Position numbers and translations under genes: made by a program. A stretch of 64,000 bases of DNA from Felis catus (lineage: Eukaryota): positions 85,562,001 through 85,626,000 of the forward strand of contig NC_058368.1 of NCBI RefSeq assembly GCF_018350175.1. The letters run 5' to 3'. Below the pieces are notes generated by a model. It was not told where the DNA came from and made no database searches. It worked only from the letters and a program-made list of their open reading frames with translations. Shown here one piece after another: positions 1 through 11,534 of this stretch (position 1 is the first letter of the stretch; every line of letters starts with the position of its first letter).

Positions 1-357
1 TTACTTTAGAAAAATTTAGAAATAACACATTTCATTTTCTTTAAGTTTTATCCAGATAAAAATGAGACAGAAAATTGAGTTCCATATTATATTCATTTAC
101 TCATGTATTGAAAATATATTATTCAGCATCTACAACCTACCAAGCATTGTGTTAGCCATTCATCTAATACAGAGTTCTAATGAAAGTTTCCAATTGGGAA
201 ATTCAAGTTCTGGTGGGTTAGAATTGCAATAAACAGGAATGTATTTCATAAGTTTATTTAATATATAGAAGATGAAATTTGATTTGCAAAATACATCAAA
301 GAGAGCAGAGGAGAAATATGGTAGTTAGGGTTTTATTTTAAATTTTAAATTATGGAT

Positions 358-590
358 GGGGCGCCTGGGTGGCTCAGTCGGTTAGGTGTCCGACTTTGCC
401 TCAGGTCATGATCTCACAGTTTGTGAGTTCAAGCCCCTTGTCAGGCTCTGTGCTGACAGCTCAGAGCCTGAAGCCTGCTTTGGATTCTGTGTCTCCCTCT
501 CTCTCTGTCTCTCCCCTGCTCATGCTCTGTATCTCTCTCTCTCTCTCTCTCAAAAATAAATAAACATTACATTAAAATAATTTAAAAAAA
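358..590 (+). mobile_element. Can-SINE (SINEC_Fc-type, tRNA-derived)
   Basis: GGGGCGCCTGGGTGGCTCAGTCGGTT head, (CT)n, AATAAA/A tail; TSD TAAATTATGGA at 346-356 and 591-601. Confidence 0.95.
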
Positions 591-604
591 TAAATTATGG
601 AAAG

Positions 605-1070
605 AGTCCAAATTTCCATTGGCTGAAGAATAAAGAAGATGTGGCATATAAGTATAATGGAATATCATTCAGTCTTCAAAAAATGAAATCTTGCCATTTG
701 CCAGGATGTGCTTGGAGCTAGAGTGTATTATGCTAAGCAAGATAAGTAAGTCAGAGAAACACAAGTACTATATGATTTCACCAATGTGTGGGATTTAAGA
801 AACAAAACAATGAACATAGGGGAAGGAGAAAAAAAAGAGAGAGGGAGGCAAACCATAAAATACTCCTAAATATAGAGAACAGACTGAGGGTTGCTGGAGG
901 GGAGGTGAATAGAGAGTGGGCTAAATGGGTGATTGGCAATAAGAGAGCACTTGTTATCATGAGCACTGGGTGTTATATGTAAGTGCTGAATCGCTAATTT
1001 CTACTCCTGAAACCAGTATTACATTATATGTTAAATAACTATAATTTAAATAAAAATTTGAAACACAATT
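605..1070 (+). mobile_element. Carnivore L1 3' fragment (ORF2 end and 3'UTR)
   Basis: GAAATCTTGCCATTTGC...GAGTGTATTATGCTAAGC and GATGAGCACTGGGTG-like 3'UTR motifs shared with other L1 ends in the window. Confidence 0.85.
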
Positions 1071-1090
1071 AAGAAGGAAAGAGAAAGAAA

Positions 1091-1177
<87 letters not shown>

Positions 1178-1180
1178 GGA
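1071..1180 (+). repeat. (GAAA)n microsatellite, probably derived from the L1 tail
   Basis: Direct tandem repeat just after the L1 3' end. Confidence 0.9.
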
Positions 1181-1469
1181 AAACAGTGTTTACAGTTAGG
1201 TCTCCTGGAAAAGGTGACACTTGACAAAGATTGAACCAAAATAAAGAATATGGAATTGAGACTATGAGACTACATGGAGTAAATAGCTCACTCAATGTAC
1301 TCAATATCATAAGTTGATTCAAACAAATAAATGACCATGTTGTGAAACAAGCCCACTTCAAAAACTGGTTGACATTCCATTAACTTTAATTGCAAAATAT
1401 GCATCACTAACTCTCATTTTATTGTGCACCTAAATGTAAATGAGTTTAATATTTACACTACTCTATTTT

Positions 1470-1494
1470 AGCTCTATTTTATTTTCTACTTTAG
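1470..1494 (+). promoter_or_regulatory. Probable splice acceptor of the OR coding exon
   Basis: Pyrimidine tract TTTTATTTTCTACTTTAG ending 17 nt before ATG 1512, typical of OR genes with upstream non-coding exons. Confidence 0.65.
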
Positions 1495-1511
1495 GAAAAA
1501 AAGAGACGTTC

Positions 1512-2450
1512 ATGATGGGACATGAAAATCACACTTTCACCAGTGATTTTATTCTTTTGGGACTCTTCTCTTCTTCTCAATCAAGTCTAGTTTTCTTTTC
1601 CTTTATATTCATCATTTTTATTATGACTGTAACAGAAAACACAGTCATAATCCTCCTTATCCTCAGGGACTCAAGACTCCACACTCCGATGTATTTCCTG
1701 CTGAGCCATCTCTCTTTTATGGACATCTTGCATATTTCCAACATTGTTCCCAAAATGGTCACTGACTTTCTGTCAGGCAGCAGAACTATTTCATTTGTAG
1801 GTTGTGGCTTCCAGGTATTTCTATCCCTCACTCTCCTGGGTGGCGAGTGCCTTCTCCTGGCAGCAATGTCTTATGATCGCTATGTAGCCATCTGTCATCC
1901 ATTGCACTATCCCATTCTTATGAATGACTATGTCTGCATTGTCATGGCTAGAGGGTCCTGGCTTATTGGGACTGTCAACTCCATAGTCCACACAGCTTAT
2001 GCACTCCACTTTCCCTTCTGTGCCTCAAGAGCTATTGATCACTTTTTCTGTGAAGTCCCTGCCATGTTGAAGTTGTCCTGTGTGGACACAACACTGTATG
2101 AACGAAGAATTTATGTAAGTGGCTTAATTTTTCTGCTTGTCCCTTTCTCCCTAATCATTGCTTCTTATGTCCAAATTCTCATTACTGTATTTCAAATGAA
2201 ATCATCAGAAGCACGGAAAAAGTCATTTTCTACCTGTTCCTTCCACATGATGGTGGTCACAATGTATTATGGGCCATTTATTTTCACATACATGAGACCC
2301 AAATCATACCACACTCCAGGCCAGGACAAGTCTTTGGCAATATTCTATACCATCCTCACACCTACATTCAACCCTATAATCTACAGCTTTAGGAATAAAG
2401 ATGTCCTTGAGGCAATGAAAAATATGCTCAAAAGTAACTTTCTCCATTAA
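1512..2450 (+). CDS. OR2AJ1: Class II olfactory receptor, family 2, OR2AJ1-like (312 aa), intact
   Basis: N-glycosylation site NHT; OR motifs LHTPMYFLLSHLS, AMSYDRYVAICHPLHY, HFFCE, KSFSTCSFH, PTFNPIIYSFRN; seven hydrophobic segments; closely resembles human OR2AJ1 as recalled; start at ATG 1512 or 1515. Confidence 0.93.
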   Translation: MMGHENHTFTSDFILLGLFSSSQSSLVFFSFIFIIFIMTVTENTVIILLILRDSRLHTPMYFLLSHLSFMDILHISNIVPKMVTDFLSGSRTISFVGCGFQVFLSLTLLGGECLLLAAMSYDRYVAICHPLHYPILMNDYVCIVMARGSWLIGTVNSIVHTAYALHFPFCASRAIDHFFCEVPAMLKLSCVDTTLYERRIYVSGLIFLLVPFSLIIASYVQILITVFQMKSSEARKKSFSTCSFHMMVVTMYYGPFIFTYMRPKSYHTPGQDKSLAIFYTILTPTFNPIIYSFRNKDVLEAMKNMLKSNFLH

Positions 2451-2590
2451 AATAGTAAGAAAAATACTTGAAGTGTGTGTTTTCTATATTAATATAGAAA
2501 CAAAAAAGTTTCTATACCATTAAGCATGGAAAGAAGTGGTTATCTCCAAAACCCTGATAATAATAAAGTTTCACAAACACATACATCTAA

Positions 2591-2802
2591 GAGCACCTGG
2601 GTGGCTCAGTTGGTTCAGTGTCTGACTTCGGCTCAGGTCATGATCTTGTGGTTTGTGGGTTTGAGCCCCACATAAGACTCTGTGCTGATGGCTCAGAGCC
2701 TGGAGCTGCTTTGGGTTATGTGTCTCCCTCTTTCTCTGCCCCTCACCTGCTTGCATTCTGTCTCTCTCTCAAAAATAAGTAAACATTTAAATTTTTTTTA
2801 AT
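2591..2802 (+). mobile_element. Can-SINE
   Basis: SINEC head and body; 16-bp TSD AAACACATACATCTAA at 2575-2590 and 2803-2818. Confidence 0.95.
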
Positions 2803-2911
2803 AAACACATACATCTAAAAATATATTGTGTCTTCCCTCTAAAATTCTAAGAAATTATAAAAAATTATCTTTTATAATACAGTCACATTTTATGGGATCT
2901 ACCTACCTTTG

Positions 2912-3718
2912 TGTCGGGAATAAGCTTAGGAATTCCCTGAGCCTGCATTGATGGGTTAAAAAGGCATAAAGAATTAGAAAGTCATAGGGTGTACACACCC
3001 AAGTTTGGGTAAACAAGATTAGGTAAATAAGAATAGGTAAAGTGAGGCAAAGATCCCAGTGTAGGACAAAAGTGTAGGAATAGGGAGTCTCATGATCAAA
3101 ACATCCAAGATGAGGTAAACAAGATTAGGTATTCAGGGCAGAAGTGCCCCCCAACTTAGTACTATAGCAGAAAGCTGCTTTCACAGGAGAATAGGGCCAG
3201 GTTAGGTAAATTGGTGAATTGGACTATGAGCCACTGTGCTGAAGGCAAAGCAGCCCACAGAGGAGATAGTTAACAAAAAAAAAAAAAAAAAAAAAAAAAA
3301 AGAAAGAAAGAAAAAAGTTACCTTATTAATTACCCTGAGGTTATTCCCCCTATCTGTCTCATATTCTAGGCTAGCAAAGATAAACAGGCATGGCAGTGCC
3401 TCCTGTCTGCTGTTAACAACCATCTGCCCATCTGCCCGGTGCCAGGATTTTGTTTTATATTGACCCAAAACCCAAATACTGTATATCTTTATTAAAAAAA
3501 AAACCCTTTTCCTCAGGTCCCCAAGTTAATGTTCACAGTTTCTTTGTCTCTTTGTGCTCACCCATCACGTTTGTAACTTTCTAATCTGAATAAATATAGG
3601 GCAAAGAACCTTTTTCAAGGTTCTGTTCTTTTTCCGGGACATTAGCCATCTCTCGTTTTAATGTTGCATCTGCTCTTTTGCTGGCCAAAAGAGAACTTTA
3701 GACTAAGAGTCTATGACA
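2912..3718 (+). mobile_element. Solo ERV LTR, copy 1
   Basis: TG...CA ends (TGTCGGG...TATGACA), AATAAA near 3588, collinear homology with 5852-6468; TSD not clean. Confidence 0.8.
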
Positions 3719-3980
3719 CTCCCAACTTAGGAAAAACCAGAGAAAGTCAAATATGTACCTCTGGACTGCCTACAGCTTCCACATGGAAGCAGTCTCCAAT
3801 CAGGGCATACCTGATTATTTTCCTTTTCCCACCATAAAAATTTCCCAGTCAGCCAAGTATATTTGAGTCTCTCCTAAAACACAAGTAATGTTGGCTGATT
3901 TCTTTGTGACTATTTGTAACAATTTGAATAAATGATTTTACTTTTTTTTTTCATTTGGTGGCTTTACATTTATTTCCTCA
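3719..3980 (+). mobile_element. 3' part of an older ERV1 LTR (MER31/MER67/MER90-like)
   Basis: TTTGAGTCTCT...GGCTGA...GAATAAAT...TCATTTGGTGG...TTTATTTCCTCA resembles the recalled 3' end of that LTR group. Confidence 0.5.
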
Positions 3981-3997
3981 ATTAATAGTACTGATAA

Positions 3998-4213
3998 TTT
4001 TTTTTTAATTAACATTTATTTATTTTTGAGAGGCAGAGAGAGACAAAGTGTGAGTGGGGGAGGGGCAGAGAGAGAGGGAGACACAGAATCTGAAGCAGAC
4101 TCCAGGCTCTGAGCTGTCAGTAAAGAGCCCTACGAGGGGCTCAAAACAACAAATTGCAAGATCATGACCTGAGCCAAAGTTATACTTCACCCACCGAGCC
4201 ACTCAGGCACCTC
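3998..4213 (-). mobile_element. Can-SINE
   Basis: Reverse-complement SINEC; degenerate TSD ACTGATAATT / ACTGACGAATT. Confidence 0.92.
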
Positions 4214-5392
4214 ACTGACGAATTAAAAAATAAATGAAACAAATATATATATATATATATATACACATATATATAAATGAATATATATATATATAATTTT
4301 TTGATATCTATAGGTGCTATTTACACTTCAAGAAAATTTACAGTGAAAGACATTATTGAAACACCATTATATTTGTGATGTACTTTTGCAATCTATCTCT
4401 CATATAATGTGGACTTATATTTAGAGAGTTGTATTGTAAGCTCTGGGAAGGTGAATGGGGTCATTGCTGAAGCGTCAGCAATGCTCTGGTCTCAAGGCTG
4501 TCAAACACGATAGCACTATGAGATCCAGAGCCCCATGATACTCCAGGAGGCAATTAAAGAGCAGTCCCACTGTAATGGCCTAGTAGTCCTTGAAACTGCA
4601 CATTTTCCCTGCATGCTTTCACTTAAACACCATATGTGTATTTGGTCTGTGTCTGGAGGCTCTTTGTGTTTTCCTATCATGCTTTGAAATTCTTTGATGT
4701 TTATCCCTGGAAAACATGAAATAAAGACTGTGTGCCTTTTGCTACTACTGCTGTTTCTCTGGCAGAGGCAGTCCTGCACGCCTGCCCCGTCTACTCTTTC
4801 TTCAGTTAGAGGCTACAGTATACATGTACATATCGAATTTATTGTTTGAAATTGGTATCGTGTGCGAATCCTTTTAGGTTATCCTATAAGTAATAATAGA
4901 ATGTTTTGAGGAATTATAATACAAGTATGTGTATTTGTTTTTTGAATCTGATTCACAGAGGTAATTCATGATTTACATGAGATTAGGTTAACCACCAAGG
5001 CAGGGACAGCAGCTTTGATACCTCAGAATGCAACAATACCCAAACAGTATCTTACAGTACAAGTCATGACCAGAACCCTGGGTCTTTTCTGAAGATGTTT
5101 TTTAGCAAGTCTAGTGGTTTGGGTATCTAGCACATCACATAGGTGAGAGTGAGAGGATATGGGGGATACCTTGCAATGAGGGGAAAGTGTGTTAAGCCAA
5201 TCACTCTGCAACCACTCCACGTGTATTTGTCATGTATTTGTTGTTAACTCTTCTGGTTGGTTGTTTGTATATCTCTCTTGTTTTTGTTTTTTGTTTTTTT
5301 CTGCTCCATCTTGCTTATGTTTCTCAAATTATAATAGTTTTTTTTTTAAAATACACAGCCTATTTTTTAGTGAATTCTTATTATTTGTTCTT

Positions 5393-5612
5393 TTTTAAAA
5401 AATTTTTTGTTAATGTTTATTGATTTTTGACAGAAAAAGAGACAGAGCGTGAGCAGGGGAGGGGCAAAGAGAGAGGGAGACAGAATCCGAAGCAGGATTC
5501 AGGCTCTCAGCTGTCAGCACAGAGCCCGACGTGGGGCTCAAACCCACAGACCGCGAGATCATGAGCTGAGCTGAAGTCGGACACTCAACCGACTGAGCCA
5601 CCCAGGCGCCCC
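5393..5612 (-). mobile_element. Can-SINE (fairly young)
   Basis: Reverse-complement SINEC_Fc retaining CpGs; TSD TTATTATTTGTTCTT at 5378-5392 and 5613-5627. Confidence 0.95.
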
Positions 5613-5851
5613 TTATTATTTGTTCTTAATCACACTCTTGTCATTTATTATATATTATATTCATTTATTATATATTTATACACATTATATATATATATAT
5701 ATATACTCACACACACACATATATACATATATATATATGATGAGAATTCATGGTTGTAGCTACATATTTTCTTTTACATTTAAATAGTTTGTATAACATA
5801 TGCAATTGTATGCTTTAGGTTTACCCAGCTGCTCTTTTTCTTATGGAGTAC

Positions 5852-6468
5852 TATTTGGGGAATAATCAGGAATAATCAGGATTTCACTGAGCTTGAACAC
5901 ACCCAAGTTTGTGTAAGCAAGATTAGGTAAATAAAATTAGGTAAACGGGGCAAAGGCCCCCAGTATAGGATAAAACTACAGGACAACAGAAGACCACTGC
6001 TTTCACAGGAAGGAAGGACCAAATTAGGTAAACAGGTAAATAGGGCAATAGAGTGGACAAAGTTGCCCAGAGTGGAGCTAATTAGCAAAAGAAAGGTGCC
6101 TTGTTGACCCTGAGGTAGCATGCTCTGCCTTTCTTGTCCCCTAGGCCAGTTTAAGTAAAAAGAGGTGGGGCCTAACGTTTGCTATAAACAAGCTTCCACA
6201 CAGCACCTGAATCTTGTTTTGTATTGACCCAACCCACATATCTCCAAAACCCCCTTTTCCCCACACCCATGAGTTAATATTCCGGTTTCATTGTCTCTCT
6301 GTGCATGTCCATTACACTTGTAAGCCTTCTGATCTTAATAAAAATGGAACAAGGACCCTTATTTCGTGCTCTTGTCTCCCTGTGGACATTAGCTTCTCTC
6401 GCATTTTCAATCCTGCATCCTGCTCTCTTGCTGGACAAAAGTCAACTCCACACCCAGAGTCTAAGACA
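5852..6468 (+). mobile_element. Solo ERV1-class LTR, copy 2
   Basis: Homologous to 2912-3718, ends ...CTAAGACA, has AATAAA; 4-bp TSD GTAC at 5848-5851 and 6469-6472. Confidence 0.85.
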
Positions 6469-6472
6469 GTAC

Positions 6473-6551
6473 CATCATCCAATATGGTAGCCTCTGGCTA
6501 TGTGAGGTTACTGGGAACTTGAAGTGTGGCTAGTTTTATGAAGATATGTTT
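6473..6551 (+). mobile_element. MER33/MER3-like hAT-Charlie fragment, left part
   Basis: TCCAATATGGTAGCC...CTTGAAGTGTGGCTAGT matches recalled MER33/MER3 consensus; continues after the L1. Confidence 0.7.
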
Positions 6552-6780
6552 TTTTTTCAATATATGAAATTTATTGTCAAATTGGTTTCCATACAACACC
6601 CATTGCTCATCCCAAAAGGTGCCCTTCTCAATACCCATCACCCACCCTCCTCTACCTCCCACCCCCTATCAACCCTCAGGTTGTTCCAAGTTTTTAAGAG
6701 TCTTTTATGCTTTGGCTCTCTCCCACTCTAATCCCCCCTTTTTTTTCCTTCCCCTCCCCCATGGGTTTCTGTTAAGTTTC

Positions 6781-9700
6781 TCAGGATCCACATAAGAGTG
6801 AAAACATATGGTATCTGTCTTTCTCTGTATGGCTTATTTCACTTACCATCACACTCTCCAGTTCCATCCACATTGCTACAAAGGGCCATATTTTGTTCTT
6901 TCTCATTGCCCTGTAGTACTCCACTGTGTATATAAACCACAATTTCTTTATCCATTCAACAGTTGATGTGCATTTAGGGTCTTTCCATAATTTGGCTATT
7001 GTTGAGAGTGCTGCTATAAACATTGGGGTACAAGTGCCCCCATGCATCAGCACTCCTGTATCCCTTGGGTAAATTCCTAGCAGTGTTATTGCTGGGTCAT
7101 AGGGTAGGTCTATTTTTAATTTTCTGAGGAACCTCCACACTGTTTTCCAGAGTGGCTGCACCAGTTTGCATTCCAACCAACAGTGCAAGAGGGTTCCCAT
7201 TTCTCCACATCCTCGCCAGCATCTATAGTCTCCTGATTTGTTCATATTGGCCACTCTGACTGGCATGAGGTGATATCTGAGTGTGGTTTTCATTTGTATT
7301 TCCCTGATAAGGAGTGACGTTGAGCATCTTTTCATCTGCCTGTTGGCCATCCGGATGTCTTCTTTAGAGAAGTGTCTATTCATGTTTTCTGCCCATTTCT
7401 TCACTGGGTTATTTGTTTTTCGGGTGTGGAGTTTGATGAGCTCTTTATAGATTTTGATACTAGCCCTTTGTCAGATATGTCATTTGCAAATGTCTTTTCC
7501 CATTCCGTTGGTTGCCTTTTAGTTTTGTTGGTTGTTTCCTTTGCTGTGCACAAGGTTTTTATCTTCATAAGGTCCCAGTAATTCATTTTTGCTTTTAATT
7601 CCCTTGCCTTTGGGGATGTGTCGAGTAAGAGATTGCTACGGCTGAGGTCAGAGAGGTATTTTTCCTGCTTTCTCCTCTAGGGTTTTGATGGTTTCCTGTC
7701 TCACATTCAGGTCCTTTATCCGTTTTGAGTTTATTTTTGTGAATGGTGTGAGAAAGTGGTCTAATTTCAACCTGCTGGATGTTGCTGTCCAGTTCTCCCA
7801 GCACCATTTGTTAAAGGGACTGTCTTTTTTCAATTGGATGTTCTTTCCTGCTTTGTCAAAGATTAGTTGGCCATACGTTTGTGGGTCTAGTTCTGGGGTT
7901 TCTATTCTATTCCATTGGTCTATGTGTCTGTTTTTGTGCCAATACCATGCTGTCTTGATGATGACAGCTTTGTAGTAGAGGCTAAAGTCTGGGATTGTGA
8001 TGCCTCCTGCTTTGGTCTTCTTCTTCAAAATTCCTTTGGCTATTCAGTGCCTTTTGTGGTTCCATATGAATTTTAGGATTGCTTGTTCTAGTTTTGAGAA
8101 GAATGCTGGTGCAATTTTGATTGGGATTGCATTGAATGTGTAGATAGCTTTGGGTAGTATTGACATTTTGACAATATTTATTCTTCCAATCCATGAGCAG
8201 GGAATGTCTTTCCATTTCTTTATATCTTCTTCAATTTCCTTCATAAGCTTTCTATAGTTTTCAGCATACAGATCCTTTACATCTTTGGTTAGATTTATTC
8301 CTAGGTATTTTATGCTTCTTGGTGCAATTGTGAATGGGATCAGTTTCTTTATTTGTCTTTCTGTTGCTTCATTGTTAGTGTATAAGAATGCAACTGATTT
8401 CTGAACATTGATTTTGTATCCTGCAACTTTGCTAAATTCATGTATCAGTTTTAGCAGACTTTTGGTGGAGTCTATCAGATTTTCCACGTATAGTATCATG
8501 TCATCTGCAAAAAGTGAAAGCTTGACTTCATCTTTGCCAATTTTGAAGCCTTTGATTTCCTTTTGTTGTCTGATTGCTGATGCTAGAACTTCCAACACTA
8601 TGTTAAACAACAGTGGAGAGAGTGGGCATCCCTGTCGTGTTCCTGATCTCAGGGAAAAAGCTCTCAGTTTTTCTCCATTGAGGATGATGTTAGCTGCGGA
8701 CTTTCCATAAATGGCTTTTATGAAGCTTAAGTATGTTCCTTCTATCCTGACTTTCTCAAGGGTTTTTATTAAGAAAGGGTGCTGGATTTTGTCAAAGGCC
8801 TTTTCTGCATCGATTGACAGGATCATATGGTTCTTTTCTTTTATTAATGTGAGGTATCAAGTTGATTGATTTGCGAATGTTGAACCAGCCCTGCATCCCA
8901 GCAATGAATCCCACTTGATCATGCTGAATGATTCTTTTTATATGCTGTTGAATTCGATTTGCTAGTATCTTATTGAGAATTTTTGCATCCATATCCATCA
9001 GGGATATTGGCCTGTAGTTCTGTTTTTTTACTGGGTCTCTGTCTGGTTTGGGAATCAAAGTAATACTGGCTTCATAGAATGAGTCTGGAAGTTTTCCTTC
9101 CCTTTCTATTTCTTGGAATAGCTTGAGAAGGATAGGTATTATCTCTGCTTTAAACGTCTGGTAGAACTCCCCTGGGAAGCCATCTGGTCCTGGACTCTTA
9201 TTTGTTGGGAGATTTTTGATAACCGATTCAATTTCTTCGCTGGTTATGGGTCTGTTCAAGCTCTATTTCCTCCTGAGTGAGTTTTGGAAGAGTGTGGGTG
9301 TTTAGGAATTTGTCCATTTCTTCCAGGTTGTCCAATTTGTTAGCATATAATTTTTCATAGTATTCCCTGATAATTGTATCTCTGAGGGATTGGTTGTAAT
9401 AATTCCATTTTCATTCATGATTTTATCTATTTGGGTCATCTCCCTTTTCTTTTTGAGAAGCCTGGCTAGAGGTTTGTCAATTTTGTTCATTTTTTCAAGA
9501 AACCAACTCTTGGTTTTGTTGATCTGCTCTACAGTTTATTTAGATTCTATATTGCTTATTTCTGCTCTGATCTTTATTATTTCTCTTCTTCTGCTGGGTT
9601 TAGGCTGCCTTTGCTGTTCTGCTTCTAGTTCCTTTAGGTGTGCTGTTAGATTTTATATTTGGGATTTTTCTTGTTTCTTGAGATAGGCCTGGACGCAATG

Positions 9701-10591
9701 TATTTTCCTCTCAGGACTGCCTACGCTGCATCCCAAAGCATTTGGATTGTTGTATTTTCATTTTCATTTGTTTCCATATATTTTTAAAATTCTTCTCTAC
9801 TTGCCTGGTTGACCCACTCATTCCTTAGTAGGATGTTCTTTAACCTCCATGCTTTTGGAGGTTTTCCAGACTTTTTTCTGTGGTTGATTTCAAGCTTCAT
9901 AGCATGTGGTCTGAAATTATGCATGGTATAATTTCAATTCTTGTATAGTTATGAAGGGCTGTTTTGTGACCTAGTATATGATGTATCTTGGAGAATGTTC
10001 CATATGCACTCGAGAAGAAAGTATATTCTGTTGCTTTGGGATGCAGAGTTCTAAATATATCTGTCAAGTCCATCTGATGCAATGTATTATTCAGGGCCCT
10101 TGTTTCTTTATTGACTGTGTGTCTAGATGATCTATCCATTTCTGTAAGTGGAGTGTTAAAGTCCCCTGCAATTACCACATTCTTATCAATAAGGTTGCTT
10201 ATGTTTATGAGTAATTGTTTTATATATTTGGGGACTCCCATATTCGGCGCATAGACATTTATAACTGTTAGCTTTTCCTGATGGATAGACCCTGTAATTG
10301 TTATATAATGCCCTTCTTCATCTCTTGTTACAGCCTTTAATTTAAAGTCTAGTTTGTCTGATACAAGTATGGCTACTCCAGCTTTCTTTTGGCTTCCAGT
10401 AGCATGATAAATAATTCTCCATCCCCTCATTCTCAATCTAAAGGTGTCCTCAGGTCTAAAATGAGTCTCTTGTAGACAGCAAATAGATGGGTCTTGTTTT
10501 TTTATCCATTCTGATACCCTATGTCTTTTGGTTGGCGCATTAATCCATTTACATTCACTGTTATTATGGAAAGATAAGGGTTTAGAGTCAT
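6781..10591 (-). pseudogene. L1 ORF2 (endonuclease, RT, C-domain), frameshifted
   Basis: ORF pieces with GDFNTPL (EN), QGCPLSP and LFADDMI (RT), CWRGCGE...HCW (C-domain) spread over several frames. Confidence 0.95.
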
Positions 10592-10697
10592 TGTGATGTC
10601 TGTATGTTTTATGCTTGTAGCGATGTCTCTGGTACTTTGTCTCACAGGATTCCCGTTAGGATCTCTTGTAGGGCTGGTTTAGTGCTGATGAATTCCT

Positions 10698-11534
10698 TCA
10701 GTTTTTTTTGTTTGGGAAGACCTTTATCTCTCCTTCTATTCTAAATGATAGACTTGCTGGATAAAGGATTCTCGGCTGCATATTTTTTCTGTTCATCACA
10801 TTGAAAATCTCCTGCCATGCCTTTCTGGCCTGCCAAGTTTCAAAAGAGAGATCAGTCACGAGTCTTATAGGTCTCCCTTTAAATGTTAGGGCACGTTTAT
10901 CCCTTGCTGCTTTCAGAATTTTCTCTTTATCCTTGTATTTTGCCAGTTTCACTATGATATGTCGTGCAGAAGATCGATTCAAGTTACCTCTGAAGGGAGT
11001 TCTCTGTGCCTCTTGGATTCCAATGCCTTTTTCCTTCCCCAGTTCAGGGAAGTTCTCAGCTATTATTTCTTCAAGTACCCCTTCAGCACCTTTCCCTCTC
11101 TCTTCCTCCTCTGGGATACCAACTATGCGTATATTATTTCTTTTTAGTGTATCACTTAGTTCTCTAATTTTCCCCTCATACTCCTGGATTTTTTTATCTC
11201 TCTTTTTCTCAGCTTCTTCTTTTTCCATAATTTTATCTTCTAGTTCACCTATTCTCTCCTCTGCCTCTTCAATCCAAGCCGTGGACGTTTCTATATTACT
11301 CTGCATCTCGTTTAAAGAATTTTTCAGCTTCTCCTGACTGTTCCTTAGTCCCTTGATCTCTGTAGCAAGAGATTCTCTGCTGTCCTCTATACTGTTTTCA
11401 AGCCCAGCGATTAATTCTATGACTATTATTCTAAATTCACTTTCCGTTATATTATTTAAATCCTTTTTGATCAGTTCATTAGCTGTTGTTATTTCCTGGA
11501 GATTCTTTTGAGGGGAATTATTCCATTTGGCCAT
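10698..11534 (-). pseudogene. L1 ORF1p, nearly intact with C-terminal frameshift
   Basis: MAKWNNSPQKN, coiled coil, RRNNIRI-like KRNNIRIVGIPE, YPA-SLSF motif; ends KVFPNKKN* where the 41.9-kb copy reads on. Confidence 0.9.

Noticed and set aside
358..590. tRNA genes or short ORFs (MAQSV...) at SINE heads
   Set aside because: These are tRNA-derived SINE heads; the ORFs are recurrent SINE translations
1440..1511. 24-aa N-terminal extension of the OR ORF
   Set aside because: It spans a pyrimidine tract and AG acceptor, so it is probably intronic; OR homology begins at M1512/1515
2912..6468. The two LTRs as ends of one provirus
   Set aside because: They are too diverged, copy 2 has its own TSD, and there is no PBS, gag, pol or env between them
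6781..11534. Retrotransposition-competent L1
   Set aside because: ORF2 has several frameshifts and ORF1 is frameshifted near its end
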